Shown: in pieces, positions 16,695 through 24,140 of the stretch | Numbering within the stretch: position 1 is the first letter of the stretch | Layout of the letters: every line of letters begins with the position of its first letter | From: a virus | Reading direction: 5' to 3' (one strand) | DNA: 64,000 bases | Virus record (IMG/VR): IMGVR_UViG_3300030102_008089 | Coordinates: 32,001-96,000 of that record | The notes under the pieces: model-generated | The model's input: the letters and a program-made list of their open reading frames with translations, nothing else | Database searches by the model: none | Told to the model about the DNA's origin: nothing | Translations under genes and position numbers: made by a program

Positions 16695-16782
16695 GGAAGA
16701 GTGTCCGAGTGGTCGATGGTGAGGCACTAGAAATGCCTTGTGCAGAGATGCACCGTGGGTTCGAATCCCACCTCTTCCTCCA
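16695..16782 (+). tRNA. tRNA-Ser(AGA), class II, U73
   Basis: GGAAGAG/CTCTTCC acceptor, AGGCA-CTAGAAA-TGCCT arm, long variable arm GTGCA-GAGA-TGCAC, encoded CCA. Confidence 0.88.
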
Positions 16783-16808
16783 GCCTCGCCTTCGGGCGGG
16801 GCTTTTTT
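16783..16808 (+). terminator. Intrinsic terminator
   Basis: GCCTCGCC-TTCG-GGCGGGGC followed by T6. Confidence 0.9.
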
Positions 16809-16913
16809 ATTTATTTTTTTGAATATAGTTTATATATACGTCGTTATAGTGTTGCAACAAATTAGTTCCTCTATTGGTTGTTAGGTTATATTATCTCCAA
16901 CTGAGGAAAAATA

Positions 16914-18896
16914 ATGACTTTACGTCACTGGCAGATGGAAAAAGTAGCCTCTGCTACTGAACCACTATTAAGCACTACAGGAAACAAAGGACTCAATAGC
17001 AGTGGTGGGTCTGATATTGTTTATGACTCTACCGCTCTGTTTGGTAAGTTTTCTGTTAGAAGTAAACACTTTTTTGATACAGATGCTGCTGGTAGTCTTT
17101 CTGATAATGAATTTACGGCTGCTTTTTGGTTCTATGTTCCAACCGGAACAGAACTTCGGTATATATTTCAATTAGGGCTTCACAACACTGACGTATCTCT
17201 AAATGGGCACACAAGTGTTGGATTATTTTACAGTTATTATTCAAATAAGATATTTTTTACTACAGGGTGGAGAACTGCTGCTGGAGGTATGGTTGAGCTT
17301 GGCTCATTAAGTAGAAATGTTTGGCATCATTGTTATATTTCTCGCACAAATTCAGGCACAAATTCTACCCTACAAATAAAGATTACAGCAACTGATGGAA
17401 CAGTTGTTCACGATAATTCACAAGTCTACACAAAAGCTGATTTCTCTATTGATGAAAGTGGAACAGGACAATACTCTTACTTCAATGGGCACCCCGCTGG
17501 CGGCTCACTAACTCTCTCCAACGGAAGAATTGAAGATTTTATCTTAAAGAATGGAAGTGTTCTTTCTTACGCATCTATATACAATAATTCAGCAGAGGTT
17601 TTTCAGTCAGACGAACCACAGGTTTCAGTTTCTACAGGTGCCGGGTCCGCAACTTTATCAGATAGCAACTTTACGGGGACAAAAACGTATAGTTTCTATG
17701 ATACCGATGCAACAACCCTTTTACAAAGTGGTACGTCAAACAGTTATACCAGTTATGCTTCAAGTAGTGTCGCTTATACGGCACTGGTTACAGATACAAA
17801 TAATAATAGGGTTATATCAACTTTTTTTGTTTCCCAAGGAGGAAATGATATGGCTATTTTAACAGGTTCGGTTTTAACACCCGTCGAGGCACTTGGAGCA
17901 ATTCAAGTTGATGCTAGTGGGGCTCTTAGTGCTTCTGCTCTTGCGGTTTCTGCTGATGCGGATACCCTCGAAGCAGGTCATGCTCTCAACAGTGGACTTT
18001 CTATGTTTAGTTCTACTGGTGGTGGTGTTCCAACTGTTTTGTTTGCTCTTAACGCACTTGGTGGCACTGTCGATCAGAAAATTGGTCTTACCAGTTTGTC
18101 TGTTATTGGTGACGCTAGCATATTAAGTTATGATGGATCAAATGGGCAATTCACTCTCGCTGCGGCTGGATTGTCGGGGGCTGTTGATGATCAGTTGGTA
18201 GAAGATATTACTGGTGATGTCTCGTATGCTGCTGGTGGTGCAGTAACCATTGCTAACGATGCAGTAACAACTGCTAAGGTTGCTGATCTTGGACTTTCGG
18301 CTTCTAATATGGCTGATGACTCTGTTGTCACTCGTATGATTACCGATTTGAATGTAACAACTGGTAAGCTTGCTAACGATGCAGTAACTGAAATTAAGCT
18401 TGCTGACAACGCTGTTGTTGGTGATAACATTCAAGCTCTTGCAATTAGTGCTTCTCACCTTGTTGCTAATGCAGTAACAATTGGTAAGATCCAAAATGCA
18501 TCTATTGATGGTACTAAGTTGCAGTCTCTTGCAGTTAGTGCTTCTCACCTTGTTGCTGATGCAGTAACAATTGATAAGATCCAAAATGCATCTATTGATG
18601 GTGCTAAGTTGCAGTCTCTTGCAATTAGTGCTTCTCACCTTGTTGCTGATGCAGTAACAATTGGTAAGATCCAAAATGCATCTATTAATGGTGCTAAGTT
18701 GCAGTCTGGTGCAGTTAGTGCTTCTCACCTTGTTGCTGATGCAGTTGGACCAACGCAACTGGATATGACCGCAACTGGCTATGAGTTCACTCAGGAAATT
18801 AAGTTTAATAACAAACTTCAACTTAAAGACCAAGATACCAACGCATACTTCAGATTGTTTGTACAGGATGGTCTCTTGAAGATTGAGGCTGTATAA
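16914..18896 (+). CDS. Tail-fibre/virion appendage-like protein: N-terminal LamG/ConA-like domain plus C-terminal repeat region
   Basis: FTAAFWFY...WHHCYISR...GRIEDF LamG-like pattern; Ala/Ser-rich 30-aa repeats. Confidence 0.7.
   Translation: MTLRHWQMEKVASATEPLLSTTGNKGLNSSGGSDIVYDSTALFGKFSVRSKHFFDTDAAGSLSDNEFTAAFWFYVPTGTELRYIFQLGLHNTDVSLNGHTSVGLFYSYYSNKIFFTTGWRTAAGGMVELGSLSRNVWHHCYISRTNSGTNSTLQIKITATDGTVVHDNSQVYTKADFSIDESGTGQYSYFNGHPAGGSLTLSNGRIEDFILKNGSVLSYASIYNNSAEVFQSDEPQVSVSTGAGSATLSDSNFTGTKTYSFYDTDATTLLQSGTSNSYTSYASSSVAYTALVTDTNNNRVISTFFVSQGGNDMAILTGSVLTPVEALGAIQVDASGALSASALAVSADADTLEAGHALNSGLSMFSSTGGGVPTVLFALNALGGTVDQKIGLTSLSVIGDASILSYDGSNGQFTLAAAGLSGAVDDQLVEDITGDVSYAAGGAVTIANDAVTTAKVADLGLSASNMADDSVVTRMITDLNVTTGKLANDAVTEIKLADNAVVGDNIQALAISASHLVANAVTIGKIQNASIDGTKLQSLAVSASHLVADAVTIDKIQNASIDGAKLQSLAISASHLVADAVTIGKIQNASINGAKLQSGAVSASHLVADAVGPTQLDMTATGYEFTQEIKFNNKLQLKDQDTNAYFRLFVQDGLLKIEAV
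18432..18745 (+). repeat. Near-perfect 90-bp tandem repeat, ~3.5 copies (30-aa unit)
   Basis: GCA(A/G)TTAGTGCTTCTCACCTTGTTGCT(A/G)ATGCAGT recurs at 18441, 18531, 18621 and 18711. Confidence 0.95.
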
Positions 18897-18930
18897 TAGA
18901 TCTTAATATCTAAAGCACAAAAGGTTTTAT

Positions 18931-18962
18931 GGACGGGGGGCTTCGGCTCCCCGTTCTTTTTT
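18931..18962 (+). terminator. Intrinsic terminator
   Basis: GGACGGGGGGC-TTCG-GCTCCCCGTTC followed by T6. Confidence 0.88.
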
Positions 18963-18980
18963 GTGAGAACTAAATAAGAT

Positions 18981-19577
18981 ATGTCCAAAATTAAACTTAA
19001 AAAACTATCACTTCAGTACTCTTATCTTAAATTAGAAAAAGAAGAAGTAACTGAAGCCTGTGCAAACTTTGAAAAAGAGATTAGAGATTACATCAGAGAT
19101 AACTGCCCTGAACATTTTGATACTCTTTTTGGCCCTCCACCGAAAGTGGTGGAGAAAGATAACGAGACTGTAGAAACTAGATCCGAAGAGCCAGAGGTTC
19201 AAGAGGAAATAGTTGAGATGAAATCTTTGGCACCTAAAAATAAAGATGTAAAAAGAGTGTATAGAAAGATTGTCGAACTCACACATCCAGACAAGACTGG
19301 AAACAATGACAAGGCGGATATTTTCCACGAAGCAACAGAAGCCTATAATTCTGAGGATATTGCAGAACTATTGTCAATAGCGTCTGTTCTTGGTTTGGAT
19401 TTTGTTGATATAAGTGAAGATACTTTTTCCTTGATAGAAAAAAATGTCGAATCCATCTCGCAGGAAATAAATACTAAGAAGAAAACGGTTGCTTGGGCTT
19501 GGAGTATTTCAGGTACAAAAGAAGAAAAAGACTTGGTTCTGGAAGCTATCTTAAAGAGTAAAGGAATAGTAAAGTGA
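18981..19577 (+). CDS. J-domain (DnaJ-like) protein
   Basis: VKRVYRKIVELTHPDK...FHEATEAY, HPD motif in helix II/III context. Confidence 0.8.
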   Translation: MSKIKLKKLSLQYSYLKLEKEEVTEACANFEKEIRDYIRDNCPEHFDTLFGPPPKVVEKDNETVETRSEEPEVQEEIVEMKSLAPKNKDVKRVYRKIVELTHPDKTGNNDKADIFHEATEAYNSEDIAELLSIASVLGLDFVDISEDTFSLIEKNVESISQEINTKKKTVAWAWSISGTKEEKDLVLEAILKSKGIVK

Positions 19578-19897
19578 AATATAATTTAAACTTAAATGTC
19601 GAAAGTAAAGATGTTAGACACATTGTCAACACAGCATACACTATAGTTGTTAACAGATTTTATGCCGATTATCAGGAATTACTTATACAAGTTACTAATG
19701 CTATGGTATCTGGTAATTCTGTTGATATTTTAAAAGAGTTTGAAAAACTTGAAGCCTGTGTGGAAAAGCAAGCCGAAGACCTAGAGAATCTCAGTTCTAT
19801 GATCATTGAAATAGATAAGGCAGAATTTGAAGATGGAAAAGAGTCTGCCAAAAATGTCAAAAAGGCAAAAAAAAAGAAACAACCATCGGAGAAATGA
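19574..19897 (+). CDS. Hypothetical protein
   Basis: GTG start coupled to upstream stop; helical, no recognised motif. Confidence 0.65.
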   Translation: MKYNLNLNVESKDVRHIVNTAYTIVVNRFYADYQELLIQVTNAMVSGNSVDILKEFEKLEACVEKQAEDLENLSSMIIEIDKAEFEDGKESAKNVKKAKKKKQPSEK

Positions 19898-19978
19898 ATG
19901 AAGATGGGTCCTTTACAATAGGAAAAGTTGGAAAAAAAGGCGGACAATTAAACTTTAAAACTGGCAAATGGGAAGAAC

Positions 19979-21235
19979 TTAATTAATACAGAGATCTTCG
20001 AATATTTGTCGAATCTGTCGAAAGACAGTTTCTGAATTCGCTGTTGGAGTGTGCAACCTTCCTTGTTCTCCTCGAACCATCCCTAAAAATGAGTTATGAT
20101 GTTCAGGGAGCGAAAACACAAATATTTCAAATCCTTGATCAAGAGCATAAGAATTTACATCTAACACTGTCTGTTCTGTAATTGTTTGTGCAATCTCATC
20201 TGTCATTAGAATTATTACTTTTTGGCTTCCTGAATTCCAAGCGAAAGGATAAGTTCCATTCATTGACCAAAGTGTTGCGTCTATCGATGGCTCAATACCG
20301 CCATCATCCATAAGTTGCATAGCTTGTAAATATTCTAAGAATTCATCGGCAGGAACAAAGTTTGTTACCATCTCAGAATGTCGAGTGGTTGGTGGCTCAG
20401 ATGCTCCACTGTCCTGCCTGCCTATGACAGCAAGACCAAAGCGAAAATTACTCGTTATTGGGTCGTCTAAAAGCGGAGTGATCCCTTCTATCATCGATGT
20501 GATCTCATCTTCAAAAGATCCAGAAATATCGATAACAAAAACCAGATCCACACCACGGGTATCAAATCCCTCATCTACTTCGCCATCACAATCATTATCA
20601 AGGTTGTCACATATCTCCTCTACTGGGACAACCTGTCCGTCACAAGGTCCATCAAATCCACCATCTTGACAATAACGAACACCTGCACGGCACTCGCCTA
20701 TAGCCATTGTTCCATCAGGACCATCATAACAAACAATCGCAGTTGTATTAGCGACACCCTCGTCCACTGAACCATCACAATTGTTATCTAGACCGTCGCA
20801 AACCTCCTCTGATGGTCCAGTATGTCCATCGCAATACAATCCCCCATTATCACACTTCATTACGCCTGGTGTACAAACTCCAACACCATAATCAGCACCC
20901 TCAACAAAGCCACACAATTGATGCTGTTCTGGAAAAGTGTCGTCAATTACCGAATTACAGTCATTATCTATTCCATCACATATTTCTTCCGAAGGTCCAA
21001 TGGCTCCTCTACAATCTGACCACCCGTCGAAACTACAAGTTCTAGTCCCATAATTACAAATTCCCGCTCTTTTAGGAGGATCATTAGGGTCTAGTGAATC
21101 AAATACTTGACCATTGTGGTCACAAATTTGGATAGTACCAGGGGTGCATTCTAAAGGGACCAGTTGGTCGTCGTCTATACAGGACTGACAGGATGCTAAA
21201 CTCAGGGAAACAAAAAATAAAACCCACCGTTTCAT
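19979..21235 (-). CDS. Lipoprotein with Cys-rich EICDGxDNDC (MopE-like) repeats and C-terminal vWA domain
   Basis: Lipobox LASC; EICDGIDNDC, EVCDGLDNNC, EICDNLDNDC; MIDAS DISGS and ILMTDE. Confidence 0.85.
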   Translation of the reverse strand: MKRWVLFFVSLSLASCQSCIDDDQLVPLECTPGTIQICDHNGQVFDSLDPNDPPKRAGICNYGTRTCSFDGWSDCRGAIGPSEEICDGIDNDCNSVIDDTFPEQHQLCGFVEGADYGVGVCTPGVMKCDNGGLYCDGHTGPSEEVCDGLDNNCDGSVDEGVANTTAIVCYDGPDGTMAIGECRAGVRYCQDGGFDGPCDGQVVPVEEICDNLDNDCDGEVDEGFDTRGVDLVFVIDISGSFEDEITSMIEGITPLLDDPITSNFRFGLAVIGRQDSGASEPPTTRHSEMVTNFVPADEFLEYLQAMQLMDDGGIEPSIDATLWSMNGTYPFAWNSGSQKVIILMTDEIAQTITEQTVLDVNSYALDQGFEIFVFSLPEHHNSFLGMVRGEQGRLHTPTANSETVFRQIRQIFEDLCIN

Positions 21236-21708
21236 TCCATTGTAGCCTCAATACAAGCATCGTAACTGTTGTATAAAACCATCGTCAACACTGTACTGTT
21301 AAACACACGAAACCTCGCCTTTTGTAGAGGGAGCTTTTCTTTATTGTAAACGTGCGTCATAACAAGTGGAGGACTGTTTTTTGATTGAGTTGGTAATTTC
21401 AGTGCCAACAGTAGAGAATCACCAGGAGCATTCTGAAGAATTCCTGCGATGTAACCATCTTTAATTACTTCTGGTATTCCAATCTGAATAGGGGAATTTG
21501 AGCCTGGTTCTGTTGTTATTTTTTGACTAACGTGTATAACCCATTTACAATTATCTTTTTGTCCTGGGGTGTAAAAAGTAGTTTCTTTATGAACCACCGT
21601 TTTATGAATATTGCTAGCTTTAATCTGAAGATGAAGAGATATAGCTGCCACTAGGGCTAAAATACTTAAAAGTGTAACTCTTAATTTTGGTCTTGATAAG
21701 CGAATCAT
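21232..21708 (-). CDS. Hypothetical membrane-anchored/secreted protein
   Basis: Basic then hydrophobic N-terminus; start/stop overlap with the vWA gene. Confidence 0.65.
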   Translation of the reverse strand: MIRLSRPKLRVTLLSILALVAAISLHLQIKASNIHKTVVHKETTFYTPGQKDNCKWVIHVSQKITTEPGSNSPIQIGIPEVIKDGYIAGILQNAPGDSLLLALKLPTQSKNSPPLVMTHVYNKEKLPLQKARFRVFNSTVLTMVLYNSYDACIEATME

Positions 21709-21718
21709 AAAACCCTCC

Positions 21719-21973
21719 TTATTGGAGTGGTTCTAGATCCAGTACCTCTCCTTTAGGATTCAAAACGATAAATGGCATCTTTTTGATATCTTTAGTAACT
21801 ATGTTTTTAGAATTAGTTTTTGTTTTCTTTTCTATCCAAAACAAAATCTGAGGCTTTTCTTTGACTTCCCCGACATAGGACCATTTACCTTCAATTTTTT
21901 TCCAAATGTCTGGAAAGTCTATATTTTGTCCCGAAATCATCAGAAGTCCTGATAGTAGTGTGCTGCTAAACAT
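21719..21973 (-). CDS. Hypothetical protein with signal-like N-terminus
   Basis: Start moved to ATG 21973 (TGAGGA SD on the - strand). Confidence 0.6.
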   Translation of the reverse strand: MFSSTLLSGLLMISGQNIDFPDIWKKIEGKWSYVGEVKEKPQILFWIEKKTKTNSKNIVTKDIKKMPFIVLNPKGEVLDLEPLQ

Positions 21974-22020
21974 GTTATTAATATTCCTCACAGTAAATCC
22001 TTTGAGTTGATTTACTACGG

Positions 22021-22048
22021 ATAAATAGTCCCCTTTCAATCTAGTTAC
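22021..22048. promoter_or_regulatory. Back-to-back divergent late-type motifs
   Basis: ACTATTTAT on the - strand (22029-22021) and TCTAGTTAC on the + strand (22040-22048), between divergent genes. Confidence 0.5.
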
Positions 22049-22054
22049 TGTATT

Positions 22055-22945
22055 ATGATAAAAAAATCACCTATTTACGTCAAGTTTCTTATATTATCGT
22101 TACTTTTATTAACAAGTTGCGTCAGTGGTTGTGTTACAATTGATAATAAAGAACCAAAATCCAAAGAGATTTTACCTAGACTTGCCTTTGTTCAGATACA
22201 GCACTCAGTTAAGGTCGAAGGTTGTGGACTTGATGCTAAAACTGGTGAAGAGAAATGCCAAAAAGCTGTATTACAATATGTTTCTTCTGGGGCATATGTA
22301 TTTCATAGTGAAGTCTCACAAGGTACTTCTTATGTTTTAACAGCAGGACACTCTTGTGAGTCTAAATTTCCAAAATCTCAAATCATTGACGGGTTCAGGG
22401 TACAAAACAAAGGATCGACTTTTAAAACACAGGATATTAACGGTTTCCAGCATGAAGCAGAAGTTATAATGATTAATCGTCGGTTTGATCTATGTTTATT
22501 ACAGGTATCAAATGTTATTATGAATCCGCCGTTGTTAAAATTAGCAGATAAAGAACCAATAAGAGGAGAGACCGTCACCAATATGGCAGCGCCTCACGGA
22601 TTATTTTGGCCTGGTACAGTCTTGATCTTTAAAGGGCAATTCTCAGGATACCACGATAAAGGATATTCTGTTTACACAATCCCAACTAAACCTGGCTCTA
22701 GTGGTTCGCCAATTATTAATAAAAATAATGAATTAGTTGGAGTAATTTTTGCAGGATACAGAACAATTGAAAATGTAGGCTTATCCTCGCCTTTGGTTGC
22801 TATTAAGGTGTTTTTAAAAAAATCCATAGCAAAAGGGGAGATGCAATTGTGGGAAAAAGGAAACGAACCACGCTTAAATACTCAAATTGATCGAGTATGG
22901 ATTCAAAAAATGAGACATAAACTTAATAAAGTTTTTGGTGACTAA
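22055..22945 (+). CDS. Trypsin-like serine protease, probable lipoprotein
   Basis: Catalytic triad TAGHSC / DLCLL / GSSGSP; lipobox LTSC or VSGC. Confidence 0.9.
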   Translation: MIKKSPIYVKFLILSLLLLTSCVSGCVTIDNKEPKSKEILPRLAFVQIQHSVKVEGCGLDAKTGEEKCQKAVLQYVSSGAYVFHSEVSQGTSYVLTAGHSCESKFPKSQIIDGFRVQNKGSTFKTQDINGFQHEAEVIMINRRFDLCLLQVSNVIMNPPLLKLADKEPIRGETVTNMAAPHGLFWPGTVLIFKGQFSGYHDKGYSVYTIPTKPGSSGSPIINKNNELVGVIFAGYRTIENVGLSSPLVAIKVFLKKSIAKGEMQLWEKGNEPRLNTQIDRVWIQKMRHKLNKVFGD

Positions 22946-22948
22946 AAT

Positions 22949-23422
22949 ATGACTAAATTATCAAATCAACCAACATCACCCGTAATTAGCGGTGAAGCAT
23001 ATAAATCAAAACCATCTTTAAGAAGTAGAAATTCTTTATCGGGTGATACCAGTACTGGACCTATAATAGTTACAGGAATTACTCATATCCACACAACGAC
23101 TGATTATGCATTTGACGAAGTGTTTTTATGGGCAGCTAATCACGACGCATCAACCGACAGAGAACTAAGCATATCTGTTGTATCAAGTTCAACACCCTCT
23201 GCCGAAGCTTTTTCTTCGAGTCATACTAATAATACTTTTATTCTAAACATTCTAAATAAAGAAGGTCTTCAGCAGTTTTATCCTGGCATTCCTCACAAGC
23301 AAGTTTCAATTTACGCATCTGCGTCTTTAGACAATAAAATAAATGTTTTCGGATATGTTGACAGGCATTATCTTCTGGATGTTTCCGATCAAAGTATTGG
23401 CTATGATGGTGGTTCTTCATAA
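22949..23422 (+). CDS. Hypothetical (probably virion) protein
   Basis: 157 aa, beta-strand rich; operon context. Confidence 0.6.
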   Translation: MTKLSNQPTSPVISGEAYKSKPSLRSRNSLSGDTSTGPIIVTGITHIHTTTDYAFDEVFLWAANHDASTDRELSISVVSSSTPSAEAFSSSHTNNTFILNILNKEGLQQFYPGIPHKQVSIYASASLDNKINVFGYVDRHYLLDVSDQSIGYDGGSS

Positions 23423-23673
23423 TGAAAAAAAGAAGGTTTTTAGGTCATGTTTCATCTGTCCTACAACTTAAAGCCGAGGCGCAAAAAGCACTGGATGCCG
23501 CTTTGGAAGAGGGGCATATCCACGGCTCACAACAACATTCGGGCTCAGTATATGCGACTGAACCAAACGCACGATTGTATTTTAGAGGCACTGATGAACA
23601 AGGAAATGAAAGAACTTACTTCATCGATGTGACAAGAGGGTTAACTAGAATTCTTCCAACTGGTTCTGTTTAA
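23422..23673 (+). CDS. Hypothetical protein
   Basis: TAATG coupling with upstream gene. Confidence 0.6.
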   Translation: MKKRRFLGHVSSVLQLKAEAQKALDAALEEGHIHGSQQHSGSVYATEPNARLYFRGTDEQGNERTYFIDVTRGLTRILPTGSV

Positions 23674-23748
23674 ATATCGATACTTTAAATTATAGATACT
23701 AGTTATAATGATTGGTTTTTACCATATTAAATAAGGAGGAAATCCACA

Positions 23749-23919
23749 ATGGCTAGCCCAAGAGTTAGAAGACTAAGAAAAGCTGCAAGAGCCGCTGCAA
23801 GAGCCGCATCCCAAGCACCCGCTCAAATTGTTGCACCACAGGTTGAAGACAAACCTAAAAAGGCTGCACCTAAAGCGACAAAAAAAGTGAAAAAGTCAAG
23901 TGCTAAAAAAGCTGACTAA
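23749..23919 (+). CDS. Small Lys/Arg/Ala-rich basic protein (56 aa, absent from ORF track)
   Basis: AAGGAGG SD; MASPRVRRLRKAARAAARAASQAPAQIVAPQVEDKPKKAAPKATKKVKKSSAKKAD. Confidence 0.8.
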   Translation: MASPRVRRLRKAARAAARAASQAPAQIVAPQVEDKPKKAAPKATKKVKKSSAKKAD

Positions 23920-24139
23920 AAAATTTATCCTTAATGAAGCATTTAAGGTAGATGCTGGGGCTTCAGTCCAGGCTCTATACGATATTGTTTCAAATATTAG
24001 AGTTACAAATAAAAGAGATACCAATAGAATTTCCTTGGCAAAAGAACATATTCGTGGTATAAAAAGACACCTAAGATCCTTAAACGAAAGAATTGATTCA
24101 CTTGAAGAAGAGTTAAAAATACTGACAGAGGACAAGTAA
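23900..24139 (+). CDS. Hypothetical coiled-coil protein with leader-like FILNE
   Basis: GTG start; heptad-like C-terminus. Confidence 0.6.
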   Translation: MLKKLTKKFILNEAFKVDAGASVQALYDIVSNIRVTNKRDTNRISLAKEHIRGIKRHLRSLNERIDSLEEELKILTEDK

Positions 24140-24140
24140 T

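Noticed and set aside
16695-16782. Reading the last tRNA as Leu(TAG)
   Set aside because: That register breaks the 5-bp anticodon stem and the U33 rule; acceptor and variable-arm geometry are Ser-type.
18138-18833. 231-aa minus-strand Cys-rich repeat ORF
   Set aside because: Antisense shadow of the 90-bp repeats in the fibre gene; no RBS or supporting context.
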